From assembly GCA_963847625.1 (NCBI GenBank), contig CAWKAR010000013.1, positions 32,001-96,000 on the forward strand: a stretch of DNA of 64,000 nt, written 5' to 3'. The notes beneath the pieces were generated by a model. The model did not search any database. It was not told where the DNA came from and saw only the letters and a list, made by a program, of their open reading frames with translations. Positions 33,705 to 43,495 of this stretch are shown here, piece by piece. The number at the start of each line of letters is the position of its first letter. The stretch's first letter is position 1. This DNA is from a candidate division FCPU426 bacterium (GTDB lineage: Bacteria; Oederibacteriota; Muellerivitia; Muellerivitales; Muellerivitaceae). Made by a program: the position numbers and the translations under genes.

Positions 33705-34883
33705 ATGGATATCTTTGACAAAGCTAATAGTTGGACAGCCGCAGACGAGGTTAGAAAAGCTGGTGTCTATCCATATTTTCGTCCTAATACCTCCAGCCTT
33801 GGCACCGAGGTGACCATCGGGGGCAAGAAGATGATCATGGTGGGTTCCAACAACTACCTGGGTCTGGTCACCCACCCCGAGGTGCTCGAAGCAATGGTCC
33901 AGGCCATTCGGAAATACGGTTCGGCTTGCACGGGTTCCCCCTTTTTGAACGGCACCTTGGATATCCGCGTGGAGTTGGAAAAAAAGCTCGCCGAATTTGT
34001 GCACATGGAGGAAGCCCTGGTTTATTCCACGGGTTTCCAGGCCAATCTAGGGGTTCTTTCCACCATTGCCGCCCGCGGCGATTTCATCCTTTCCGACCGG
34101 GATAACCATGCCAGTATCGTGGACGGCTGCAAGATTTCCTTCGCCAAAACGGTCAAGTACGCCCACAACGACATGGCCGAGCTGGAACGTATTCTCAAGA
34201 ACCATGCTAAGGACTCCAAGCTCATTGTGACGGATGGCGTGTTTTCCATGGGCGGCGACGTGTGCAACCTGCCCAAGATCGTGGAACTTAAGAAGAAATA
34301 TCACGCGCGTCTCATGGTGGACGAGGCGCACTCCCTCGGTATCTTTGGGCCCCAAGGCGAAGGTACCGGATCCCATTTCAACCTCCAGCACGAAGTGGAC
34401 ATTGTGATGGGCACCTTTTCCAAATCCCTGGTATCCATCGGGGGCTTCATCGCCTCCACCCACAAAGTCATCGACTACCTGAAGCACAACAGCCGGCCCC
34501 TCATTTTCTCAGCGAGCCTCTCGCCCGCCGATACCGCAGCCGTGTTGAAAAGCCTGGAAATCATCAAGCGCGAGCCGGAACGCCGGGAGCGGCTTTGGAA
34601 GATCATTAAACGCATGCGCGAGGCATACAAGGCCATGGGCTGGAACACCCTCAACACCCAGTCGGCCATCATCCCCTTGATGGTGGGCGACAACATGAAA
34701 ACATTCGCCATGACCAAGGAACTGGGCGAAATGGGGGTCTTTGCCACTCCCGTCGTATCCCCCGCGGTTCCTCCCGAGCAAACCTTGATTCGAACCAGCT
34801 ATACCGCCACCCACACCGACCAACAGCTCGACCATGTTCTGGACTGTTTCAAAAAGGTCGGCAAGAAATACAAGGTTATTTGA
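33705..34883 (+). CDS. spt: Serine palmitoyltransferase-like alpha-oxoamine synthase
   Basis: YPYFR, GSNNYLGL, FLNGT, NHASI, DEAHSLG, GTFSKS (PLP Lys), IFSAS; adjacent bCerS-like gene. Confidence 0.78.
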   Translation: MDIFDKANSWTAADEVRKAGVYPYFRPNTSSLGTEVTIGGKKMIMVGSNNYLGLVTHPEVLEAMVQAIRKYGSACTGSPFLNGTLDIRVELEKKLAEFVHMEEALVYSTGFQANLGVLSTIAARGDFILSDRDNHASIVDGCKISFAKTVKYAHNDMAELERILKNHAKDSKLIVTDGVFSMGGDVCNLPKIVELKKKYHARLMVDEAHSLGIFGPQGEGTGSHFNLQHEVDIVMGTFSKSLVSIGGFIASTHKVIDYLKHNSRPLIFSASLSPADTAAVLKSLEIIKREPERRERLWKIIKRMREAYKAMGWNTLNTQSAIIPLMVGDNMKTFAMTKELGEMGVFATPVVSPAVPPEQTLIRTSYTATHTDQQLDHVLDCFKKVGKKYKVI

Positions 34884-34899
34884 AGGAGGATCAAATCCC

Positions 34900-36045
34900 A
34901 TGGCGATAACCATAAAAACGGTTGAGAGCAAAAAGGACCTGGAAGTTTTTCTCCATCTGCCATGGAAAATCTACGCTCCCGGGGGAAAACGCGATCCGAA
35001 CTGGGTGCCGCCTTTCCTGCCCGACCACCGAAGCCTGCTGAACCCCAAGATCAATCCCTATCACAAGCACAGCCGCACCAGGCTTTTTGTGGCCTTGAAC
35101 AATCAAGGCGAGCCGGCCGGCCGCATCTCCGCGAGCGTGGACGACAACTTCAACAAGCAATGGAGCGAGAAAACCGGCTTTTTCGGCTGGTTTGAGTGCG
35201 TGAACGATCTTGAAACTGCCAAGGCCCTTTTTACCGAAGCCGAGAAATACATCAAGAGCGAGGGTATGAACTGCGTCCGGGGGCCCGCCAGCTTCACCTC
35301 GAATGACGACTGCTACGGTTTTCTGCTGAAAGGCTACGACAAACCGGCGGTCATGGCCATGACCTATAACCCTCCCTATTACCTGGAACTGGCCGAGAAA
35401 GCCGGCTATGCCAAGGCCAAGGACCTCTATGCCTGGTGGCTCGGAACCGACAAGCCCTTTCCCGAGCGGATCGTGCGCATCGCCGAATATATCATGAAGC
35501 GCGAAAAACTGGTGATCCGGACCCTGAACATGAAGAACTTTTTCAAGGAAGTCATGGCCTTCAAGGACGTCTACAACCAGGCTTGGGAAAAGAACTGGGG
35601 CGCCGTCTCCATGACGGACGACGAACTGAATTACCAGGCCAAGAAGCTCAAGGATATCGTCTGGCCCGATTTCGTTATTTTCGCCGAGGTGGATGGCAAA
35701 ACCGTCGGAGCCTGCCTCTGCACCCCGGATGTGAACCAGGTTCTCATGAAATTAAACGGCGAGCTTTTTTCGCTCAGCGATCCCTTCGCGGTCCTCAAGT
35801 TCCTTTCGGGCATGAAAAAGGTGAACGCGGCCCGGCTGATGGCTTTGGGGGTTATTCCCGAGTACCGTTTGAGGGGCATCGAGGCGGTGCTTTATTACGA
35901 GATCTTCAAGGCCGGCATGAAACGGCATGTGGTCGGCGGCGAGCTTTCCTGGACCCTGGAAGACAACGACATGATCAACAAGGGCATCGCGGCCACCGGA
36001 GCCACTCAATACAAAAGTTTTAGAATTTACGGTAAAAATATATAA
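34900..36045 (+). CDS. GNAT-like protein, bacterial ceramide synthase-like (bCerS/YghO family)
   Basis: DPNWVPP, GRISA, GFFGWFEC, RGPASF, YNPPYY, AWEKNWG, GELSWTLEDN; SD GGAGG before the ATG at 34900. Confidence 0.8.
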   Translation: MAITIKTVESKKDLEVFLHLPWKIYAPGGKRDPNWVPPFLPDHRSLLNPKINPYHKHSRTRLFVALNNQGEPAGRISASVDDNFNKQWSEKTGFFGWFECVNDLETAKALFTEAEKYIKSEGMNCVRGPASFTSNDDCYGFLLKGYDKPAVMAMTYNPPYYLELAEKAGYAKAKDLYAWWLGTDKPFPERIVRIAEYIMKREKLVIRTLNMKNFFKEVMAFKDVYNQAWEKNWGAVSMTDDELNYQAKKLKDIVWPDFVIFAEVDGKTVGACLCTPDVNQVLMKLNGELFSLSDPFAVLKFLSGMKKVNAARLMALGVIPEYRLRGIEAVLYYEIFKAGMKRHVVGGELSWTLEDNDMINKGIAATGATQYKSFRIYGKNI

Positions 36046-36105
36046 CCGTTCATGAGGTCATTGTTATAAGTTCACTTATTAACATCTCTTTACCCTCTTA
36101 CGAAT

Positions 36106-36150
36106 AAAAAAACCCCTTGGAGAAGAATCCTCCAAGGGGTTTTTGTTTTT
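36106..36150. terminator. Bidirectional intrinsic terminator
   Basis: AAAAAAACCCCTTGGAG...CTCCAAGGGGTTTTT. Confidence 0.9.
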
Positions 36151-36163
36151 CCGGCTTATTCGA

Positions 36164-36754
36164 TCAGTTGGTACCCTTTAAGGCTTTGATGAACTGGGAA
36201 AGCAGGGCATTGTTCGGATTCAAGGACAAGGCTTTTTCATATGCGGCTAAGGCTTGATCCTTCTGCCCCAAGTAATAGTAGCAAGTTCCCATCCCTTGGT
36301 AAGCCGCGACTGAATTCGGGTCGTCGTTGGCGGCGGCCTGGTAATATTGAAGGGCGCTTTTGTAATCCTTGTTGGCGAGGGATTGGCCCCCCATCGCCAA
36401 GGCGTTGGAAGGAGCGGCAGCCGGTTGGGAAGCGGTCTGGGTCCCCGACGGGGCAAATACTTTCACGGTCTGCCCTGAAACGGTGACGATGCCCGTGATC
36501 ATGTTGAGGATTTCATCCAGGAAGGATGCTTGGGACTGGATCGTATAATTCGTCAATCCCTTGCTTTTGGCAATTTGCCCGCCATCCACGTTGTTGAGCG
36601 GGACCAACCCCCACAGGATATACCACTGTCTTTCGCTTGCGACTTCATTTCCGTCCGTACCGCCGGTTCCAACAGTGTGATTCAGGGTGGAGCAACCCGA
36701 AAGCCACAATACTGAAAATAGAGTGAAAATCAGGCAAGCCGTTGCTTTTTTCAT
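36164..36754 (-). CDS. Bor/Iss-like lipoprotein fused to TPR repeats
   Basis: Lipobox LSGC; RQWYILWGLVPLN Bor-like motif; two C-terminal TPRs; start MKKATAC at 36754. Confidence 0.75.
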   Translation of the reverse strand: MKKATACLIFTLFSVLWLSGCSTLNHTVGTGGTDGNEVASERQWYILWGLVPLNNVDGGQIAKSKGLTNYTIQSQASFLDEILNMITGIVTVSGQTVKVFAPSGTQTASQPAAAPSNALAMGGQSLANKDYKSALQYYQAAANDDPNSVAAYQGMGTCYYYLGQKDQALAAYEKALSLNPNNALLSQFIKALKGTN

Positions 36755-36871
36755 GGTATTCCTTCCCTTCTGGATTAATGACAAATCAAGGATGGATTTT
36801 ACCACAAGGAAATTCAGCCGAGTCACATAAAGAATGAATCATGTCGAATTGGGCCAAATACTCAATCCGGG

Positions 36872-38959
36872 CTAACAACTAGCCAAAACTACCACGGACC
36901 TGGGCTGGACCTGGCAGTTCAAAGAGATCAAGGCCGGGGCAACGCTCAGGTCCAAAAGATCCATCGGGCTAGGCGCTCCTGTATCAACGACTTTCTTCCA
37001 ATCCCCGGCTTTTCCCTGTTGGATTTGAAAATTCAACGGGTTCCACCAAGCGTTAACCATCATATAGAGGTCCAGGTCGTTCAACGAACCTCCTTTCAGG
37101 CAAAAAGCGAAACTGTGGGAATCCGGGGAAATATCCGTCTGAGCGCCTACTCCATACCAAGCCACATCCTCACCCCAAAAAGTGGAACGGCATAGGGAGG
37201 GATGGGACTTTCGGAAAGCCACCATCTTGGAGAAAAAGCGGAAAACATCCTCATTCACTTTCAGCCGGTTCCAATCCAACCAAGTCAAAAAGCTGTCGAT
37301 GTTATAGGGGTTCGCGTCGCCCAATTGGGTTTGAAGAAACTCATCTCCCGCCCGGAACATGGGCGTGCCGTTGGAAAGCAGCAGCAGGGTGATGAAATTT
37401 TTTACCTGCTGTTTGCGAAGCGCCAATACCGCCGGGGCCGCTCCCGCGTCACCCTCCCATCCGCAATTCCAACTTTGCTGGTCCTCGCGGCTGTAGGCCG
37501 TCAGGTCATATAGAGTCGGGCCGTCGTGTGAGGAAATGTAATTCAGGCTCTGGTACGCCCGGTAAGAAAAGGGAAGTTCGTCTGGGAAGAAGTCGGAGCT
37601 TCCATACACGCGCGTGAGTATTTCCGCGACCAATCCCCCATCCCCCTTTAAGAACTGGCGTGTTTGCATGCGGAACTGGTCGTTCCATTGGCGCCAATAG
37701 ATACCGGGAAAGCTTCGTTGGGTTGGTTCATTGCCCAGCTCATAATTGCCTTGGGCCCCTCCCTCCCAGGGTTCCGCGATGAGGCGTATGTTATAAAGAT
37801 TGGGCTCCAATGCAATCTCATCGATGATCGGCGGGTCGTCAAAATTCACGCTCCCGTTGGAATTCCGCGAGAAAACCGAAGCCAGGTCGAACCGGAATCC
37901 ATCCACGTGCATTTCCTCAACCCAGTACCGAAGACTGTCGGTAATGAGCCGTTGGACCGCCTGTCTGGAGCAGTTCAAGGTGTTGCCGGTGCCGGTGAAA
38001 TCGGCATAAGGCGCGTCCGGGAAGGGGCCGGTCATGTAATAGGTGTCGTTGTCGATCCCGCGGAAGCTGAAACAGGGGCCGTTTTCGTTTCCCTCGGTCG
38101 TGTGGTTATAAACCACGTCCATGATCACTTCGATGTCCGCCTCGTGGAGGGCCTTGACCATTTGTTTGAACTCCGTGATGGGTTGCCCCGGCTTCTGGCC
38201 GGTGGCGTAGGCGGCGTGGGGCAAGAAAAAGTTAAGGGTCATGTATCCCCAGTAATTGGGCTCCGAAGCGTCGAACTGCTGGACGGGCATCAACTCCACG
38301 GCCGTGATTCCCAGTTCCTTCAGGTAGGGTATCTTTTCGATGACCCCCAAAAAAGTTCCCCGGCGGCCGGGCGCCAACCCCGAGTTGGGATTACGGGTGA
38401 AACCTCCCACGTGCATTTCATAAATCACCAGGTCGTGGTCGTGCCGGGGCCGGGTTTCATTTCCCCAGGCGTATGATTCCTGTCCCTCCAAAAGAACCCC
38501 CAAGGGGGCCCGTCCCACGTTGCTCCCCGCCCCGCAAGCGGCGGTTCTGGAAAAATCCGGGGGGAAAAAAACCTGGTGGGCATAGGGGTCCAGGAGCACC
38601 TTAGCCGGGTTGAAAAAACCCTGTTCAGGGGATTCATCCAGGGAAGAGGGTCCATTGACGGAATAAGCGTAATACTGGGCCCCCTGAAGGGCGGCCTTAG
38701 AGATGCGGGCGTGCCAAATCCGGGAAGTTTTGTTACGCAAGGGGTCGAAGGAATAAGTAAAGACGGGATGGATGAAATCATCCGGTCCATAAGCTAAGAG
38801 GGTGACTTCAGAGGCGTTTTTTGAATAAAGGGCGAAGTTGAAGGATTGGCTATCCGGCAGCCAGGTCGCGCCCAGCGGGGACGCGGAACCTTCCGTTTCC
38901 TCCCAAAGTGCCGTCAGGGGTTTTATGTCCCCAGTCGATTTCGCCGGCCTCTTCGGCAT
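36872..38959 (-). CDS. glgX: Glycogen debranching enzyme / isoamylase (GH13)
   Basis: PLGAT, LLDPYA, IYEMHV, NYWGY, DVVYNHT, DGFRFDLAS, IAEPW, SSHDG. Confidence 0.92.
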   Translation of the reverse strand: MPKRPAKSTGDIKPLTALWEETEGSASPLGATWLPDSQSFNFALYSKNASEVTLLAYGPDDFIHPVFTYSFDPLRNKTSRIWHARISKAALQGAQYYAYSVNGPSSLDESPEQGFFNPAKVLLDPYAHQVFFPPDFSRTAACGAGSNVGRAPLGVLLEGQESYAWGNETRPRHDHDLVIYEMHVGGFTRNPNSGLAPGRRGTFLGVIEKIPYLKELGITAVELMPVQQFDASEPNYWGYMTLNFFLPHAAYATGQKPGQPITEFKQMVKALHEADIEVIMDVVYNHTTEGNENGPCFSFRGIDNDTYYMTGPFPDAPYADFTGTGNTLNCSRQAVQRLITDSLRYWVEEMHVDGFRFDLASVFSRNSNGSVNFDDPPIIDEIALEPNLYNIRLIAEPWEGGAQGNYELGNEPTQRSFPGIYWRQWNDQFRMQTRQFLKGDGGLVAEILTRVYGSSDFFPDELPFSYRAYQSLNYISSHDGPTLYDLTAYSREDQQSWNCGWEGDAGAAPAVLALRKQQVKNFITLLLLSNGTPMFRAGDEFLQTQLGDANPYNIDSFLTWLDWNRLKVNEDVFRFFSKMVAFRKSHPSLCRSTFWGEDVAWYGVGAQTDISPDSHSFAFCLKGGSLNDLDLYMMVNAWWNPLNFQIQQGKAGDWKKVVDTGAPSPMDLLDLSVAPALISLNCQVQPRSVVVLASC

Positions 38960-38993
38960 AGTTTCCTCCAAAATTTATTCACAGTGGGGATTG

Positions 38994-39045
38994 TCATTGC
39001 GACGAGTGGCCGCCGAATAGGCGGCCGTTAACGAGGAAGCAACCC
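38994..39045. repeat. Short palindromic element (GTCATTGCGA...GAAGCAA type)
   Basis: GTCATTGCGACGAG-TGGCCGCC-gaata-GGCGGCCG-..CGAGGAAGCAACC. Confidence 0.4.
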
Positions 39046-39096
39046 AAGTTTAAATATGATTTAAACTATAACCCCGATTAATATCCAAAAAGTTTT

Positions 39097-39882
39097 TTAT
39101 TTCCGCCGCTTCCCGGTTTTCTTCTTCGTCTTCCGGCGGGCTTTGCGCTTCCCTTTCGGGCGGCCGACTTTTTTCTTTCGGGCGGTTTTGGGCGCGGCCG
39201 GCTTCTTTTCCACCACTTTAGCGGCAGGAGCGACAGCCGCCAAGGCGGCCTTTTCAAAGCGGTCCAAAACCTCCTGCAAAGGTCCCTCGCAGGGAATGCG
39301 TTTCAAGATGCCTTTTTTGTCGTAATAATCGATCAAAGGGGCTGTGTCTTTTTGGTAAACGTTCAGGCGGTTTTCGATTGTGGCCCTTTCGTCGTCCGCC
39401 CTTTGGATGACTTCCCCGCCGCACTTGTCGCAAATCCCTTCCTGTTTCGGGGGGAGCCCGGTGTTGACGTTGTAAGTCGCCCCGCATCCCTTGCAAACCC
39501 GTCGGCCTGTGAGGCGCGTGATCAGGGTGTCCCTTCCCACCTCGACCTTGAGCACTGCGTTCACGGGGCGCCCAAGTTCCTTAAGGATACCCTCCAAGGC
39601 CTCGGCTTGGGGAATGGTCCGGGGAAAACCGTCCAGGATGTAACCCTTCGCCGCATCCGGCTGGTTCAGCCTTTCCTTGACGAGACCGATGACCACGGAA
39701 TCCGGAACCAATTCACCCTTTTTCATGAACTCCTGGGCCTTCAGCCCCAAAGGCGTCCCCGCCTTCACCGCTGCGCGTAGGATGTCACCGGTTGAGACCT
39801 GCGGAATTTGGAACTTCTTGATTAAAACCGAGGAATAGGTTCCTTTGCCAGCCCCTGGTTCCCCTAAAAGTATGAATCTCAT
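39097..39882 (-). CDS. adk: Adenylate kinase with Zn-LID and a Lys/Arg-rich C-terminal tail
   Basis: GEPGAGKGT, STGDILR, LDGFPRT, CKGC...CDKC. Confidence 0.96.
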   Translation of the reverse strand: MRFILLGEPGAGKGTYSSVLIKKFQIPQVSTGDILRAAVKAGTPLGLKAQEFMKKGELVPDSVVIGLVKERLNQPDAAKGYILDGFPRTIPQAEALEGILKELGRPVNAVLKVEVGRDTLITRLTGRRVCKGCGATYNVNTGLPPKQEGICDKCGGEVIQRADDERATIENRLNVYQKDTAPLIDYYDKKGILKRIPCEGPLQEVLDRFEKAALAAVAPAAKVVEKKPAAPKTARKKKVGRPKGKRKARRKTKKKTGKRRK

Positions 39883-40037
39883 GGCCGCCTCCTGATTGTA
39901 TTAGAGTCCCAACCGAGGGCATAGCTTACCCGATAGGTACGATTGGTAATTTGACGAAAATCATAAAAGAAGGAATCCAACTCGGATTCACAGGCTAAAA
40001 AAGCCTTTAAAGAAGCCCATTTCCCGGGCATATCCCA

Positions 40038-40958
40038 TTATTCACAGGAAGCTTTCGCGGGTATCTCGATTTTTCTTGGCATTCGAAGCCTTAAACCCAC
40101 CACCTTCATGGGGCTCTTTGAAAGCCTGATCTTGAGCCGGTCGCCCAATCCGAAAGGCACCACCCGGTTTGAGCCATCCACGAAGATCCGCCCGTCCTTC
40201 ATGTAGGAATAGATTTCCAGGGCTTGGTCCCGGCTCAAAACGCCTTTCACGTGCCTGCGGCGCCCGAATTTCCTTTGGTAAACTTCCCGGACCACGAACT
40301 GGAATTTCTTGGCCGTGACGGGAAGGATTTTTCCGCCCGCCGAGGCGTTGGCGGCCGTGGATCCGGCGGCAGTGCTCACCCAGACGCCGCTGGACATTTG
40401 TTCCTCTGTCTGGGCTCCTATCTTCAACATGTAGCGGGAAGTGCCCGCCGGGCTGAGAGTGCTCACCAACAGGTCATTCAAGACTCTCCAGGGGTGAACT
40501 TTTCCGTTAATAAAAAATTCAATCCGGGGCACTTCCACGGGCGGTAAATCCCCCGCGAGATAAGCCTTCAAAACCGATTGGAAGTTTTTGCAGGTACAAC
40601 AGCTGAAACGCGCGACACTACGTTGGGGGTCCGAATTCACGCCCAGAATGGGGATGGAACGAAGGTAGTGGCATGAATCCAGCAAGGTGCCGTCCCCGCC
40701 GACTGAAATGGCCAAATCAAACCTTTTTTCGGCGTCCTGAAGTTGTTGGAGCTGGTTCCGGTGAAAGAATACGGAGGATATGCCCTCTTTTTTTAGGACT
40801 TCCCGGACTTTTTGGATCGTATCCACATGGCGCTGATGGCTTCCGCAAAGAATTTTCCAGTAACGCCCCTTGCGGAAGTGGTTCGCGAGAGTATCGGTGT
40901 TCTGAATTCTCGAGAAAGCGCTTAGCTTGTAGATGACTAAAATCCTGGGCTTAGGCAT
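40038..40958 (-). CDS. nadK: NAD(+)/NADH kinase
   Basis: VGGDGTLL, LND, SSGVWVSTAAGSTA..SAGG. Confidence 0.9.
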   Translation of the reverse strand: MPKPRILVIYKLSAFSRIQNTDTLANHFRKGRYWKILCGSHQRHVDTIQKVREVLKKEGISSVFFHRNQLQQLQDAEKRFDLAISVGGDGTLLDSCHYLRSIPILGVNSDPQRSVARFSCCTCKNFQSVLKAYLAGDLPPVEVPRIEFFINGKVHPWRVLNDLLVSTLSPAGTSRYMLKIGAQTEEQMSSGVWVSTAAGSTAANASAGGKILPVTAKKFQFVVREVYQRKFGRRRHVKGVLSRDQALEIYSYMKDGRIFVDGSNRVVPFGLGDRLKIRLSKSPMKVVGLRLRMPRKIEIPAKASCE

Positions 40959-40991
40959 GAAAACCTCATTCGATGAAGATTAACCGCACAC

Positions 40992-41573
40992 CTACCTGAA
41001 AGACGAAAACCCGACCCGGATCATCATAACAGCGTACGCGGCCAAAAGAAGGGCGGCCAGTTTGGAAACCACCTTCGTTCCTGAAACTCCCATCCAACGC
41101 ATCAATAAGTCCGACTGCCTGAATACCAACCAGCTGATGAACAGGTTCAGAATCAGGCTCATTCCGATCTCGAAAAGATTGAATCGGGCCTTCAAGAGAA
41201 TCAGGGTGGCCAATACCGCCGGCCCCACCAATAGGGGAATCCCCAGGGGCACGATGCCCGCCCCGCCCTGGTAGTCATGGGTGAACATCTTCCGGTCCCA
41301 GACAATATCCCTCAAAGCGATCACCAAAACCAATAGCCCGCCCGCCACCTGGAAATCACCTGGCTTCAGGCCCAAAGCGCTTAAAACCATCGGCCCCAAG
41401 GGGATGAACAACAGTCCCACCACCCCGGCCGTGAGGATGGACCCGTCCACGATCTTCCGACGCTTCGGCGAGGAAATGTCGGAGGTCATTTGGATAAAGG
41501 CGGGCAATACCCCTAATGGGTCCATGGCCACAAAAAGGGGCAAAAACAAACTCAAAAAATCCGGAAAAGTCAT
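40992..41573 (-). CDS. MarC family membrane protein
   Basis: LFVAMDPLG, FQVAGG, IVPLGIPLLVGP. Confidence 0.9.
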   Translation of the reverse strand: MTFPDFLSLFLPLFVAMDPLGVLPAFIQMTSDISSPKRRKIVDGSILTAGVVGLLFIPLGPMVLSALGLKPGDFQVAGGLLVLVIALRDIVWDRKMFTHDYQGGAGIVPLGIPLLVGPAVLATLILLKARFNLFEIGMSLILNLFISWLVFRQSDLLMRWMGVSGTKVVSKLAALLLAAYAVMMIRVGFSSFR

Positions 41574-41745
41574 TAGAAAACACCTCAGAATTGGTTATTG
41601 CGGCTCAAGGATTATAGTCTACAGAAGATGGTTAGGGCAGTCCCGATCCGCAATAGCAACATTGTTTTTGAGAAGATACTATTAAAATTATGGCTCCCCA
41701 GCGTGGACAAAAATATTTATTAATTAATCCATAAGGGTTTATTAG

Positions 41746-43023
41746 TTACTGCTGAATTTTCCGGATCAGGTTGTTTCCCGTATCCGCAACATAAACATTG
41801 CCGGAAGAATCAACCGCAACACCTGATGGATCATAGAACGTCGCCGTAACTGCTGCACCGTCGTCGTGGCCGTAACCCCCTTCCCCCGCCAAAGTTGAAA
41901 CCATTCCACCCGGGGTGATTTTACGGATCATCTGATTGCCATTATCCGCAACGTAAACATTTCCGGCGGAATCTGTTGCGACTCCTTCGGGCGCATTGAA
42001 TGTTGCGATAGATCCAGGCCCATTAGCCATTCCATTCAATCCGGATCCAGCGAATGTCGACACTATCAAACTGGTGTTGATTACACGTATTACATCGTTA
42101 TATGAATCCCCGACATATATATTTCCGAAAGAATCAAGCGCGACACCAGATGGCATATTGAAAGACGCAAAAGTCGTTGGCCCATTGACAAATCCTTGAG
42201 AACCCGAACCAGCTAGAGTTGATACAATGGCTGAAGAATTGATTTCCCGGATCAGGCTATTTGAATCTGCAAAGTAAATATTGTCTCCTGAATCAATTGC
42301 GAGCGCAGTTGGATGGCAGAGTGTAGAAGTAATCCCCATTCCATTGACAGACCCGCATACCGACACTGTTCCCGCTAAAGTCGAAACCACTCCCCCAGGA
42401 GTGATTTCCCGGATAAGATTATTTCCCCAATCGGTGACGTAAACATTCCCGGAGAGATCCACCGCGATTCCAGAAGGAAAATTGAATGACGCTACATTCC
42501 CTGGCCCATTGGCGGCCCCGGTAACACCCGCTTGGCCCGCCAAAGTCGACACGGTTCCGCCGGTAGTAATTACCCGAATCAGGTTATTACCTGAATCCGC
42601 GATGTAAATATTTCCAGCTGAATCCACCGCTACGCCACAGGGCGATCTGAATGAAGCCGCGGTTGCCGGTCCGTCGGCGGAACCCCCAGACAATTTACCC
42701 GCCACGGTCGTCACCATGGCGCCATTGGTAGGCGTTGGAGTTGCTGTGATGGTGATTGTCGGAGTATTCGTTGACGTGGGGCTTGCGGTAAGGGACAACG
42801 TAGGTGTCATCGAATCCGTTGGACTGTTTGTCCACATAACCGTGCTGGTTGGTGTTGGGGTAATGGTCTGGGTGCATGTGTAAGGATAACAAGTGCTTGT
42901 GGGAGTGGGAGTTGGCGCTTGAATAGGCGAGACGCTATATTTTTGGGAGCAGGCCACCGGGGAAAGCCACAAGAGGGATAGAAGAATCAAGCCGAAACAA
43001 AGCACATATATTGTTCGATGCAT
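41746..43023 (-). CDS. NHL-repeat lipoprotein with a Thr/Pro-rich linker
   Basis: Lipobox PVAC; TPT stalk; six A.F..P.GVAVD..GN.YVAD.GN..IR repeats. Confidence 0.88.
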   Translation of the reverse strand: MHRTIYVLCFGLILLSLLWLSPVACSQKYSVSPIQAPTPTPTSTCYPYTCTQTITPTPTSTVMWTNSPTDSMTPTLSLTASPTSTNTPTITITATPTPTNGAMVTTVAGKLSGGSADGPATAASFRSPCGVAVDSAGNIYIADSGNNLIRVITTGGTVSTLAGQAGVTGAANGPGNVASFNFPSGIAVDLSGNVYVTDWGNNLIREITPGGVVSTLAGTVSVCGSVNGMGITSTLCHPTALAIDSGDNIYFADSNSLIREINSSAIVSTLAGSGSQGFVNGPTTFASFNMPSGVALDSFGNIYVGDSYNDVIRVINTSLIVSTFAGSGLNGMANGPGSIATFNAPEGVATDSAGNVYVADNGNQMIRKITPGGMVSTLAGEGGYGHDDGAAVTATFYDPSGVAVDSSGNVYVADTGNNLIRKIQQ

Positions 43024-43446
43024 AAACACCCCCGGCAAAATTTCTTTAAAATTTTTATTTAGTTTATCATTCCCACAGCGATAGTTGGTTTGGTTTTTCA
43101 GGGGCTAAAAAAGCTTCTTTTTTCGTCCAATACAACTCCCAGGGTTGGACATCTATCCATGCTTCGCATTCACAGGAGTAAATCCCCCATGTGTACCCCG
43201 GTAAACAGCATGGGGAAGCCTCTTCCCCATACCTCATCCCGTTTCGAGTCCCAATTTAAACCTGTCCCCGGGCTGGACTCCCTTCGTTTCACTCAGGGCA
43301 AGCTCACTTCAAGCCCGCTATATCACCATTGAAATGCCATTTTAACGCCTCGGTATTAATGTTGGGAATTCTTAGCGTAGTAACATGTGGAAAAGGTAAG
43401 AGGAAAGGATATGAAGAAGGAAATATTACCAAAAAATCAAAAAATA

Positions 43447-43482
43447 GTCCGGCTCTACGTTACAGAACGCAGAGCCGGACCT
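43447..43482 (-). terminator. Terminator after the cyclophilin gene
   Basis: GTCCGGCTCT...AGAGCCGGAC flanked by A-runs. Confidence 0.75.
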
Positions 43483-43495
43483 TAAAAAATTAATC

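Noticed and set aside
33705..34883. BioF or Kbl annotation
   Set aside because: No bio or tdh genes nearby; the motifs and the bCerS-like neighbour favour Spt, though BioF/Kbl is not formally excluded.
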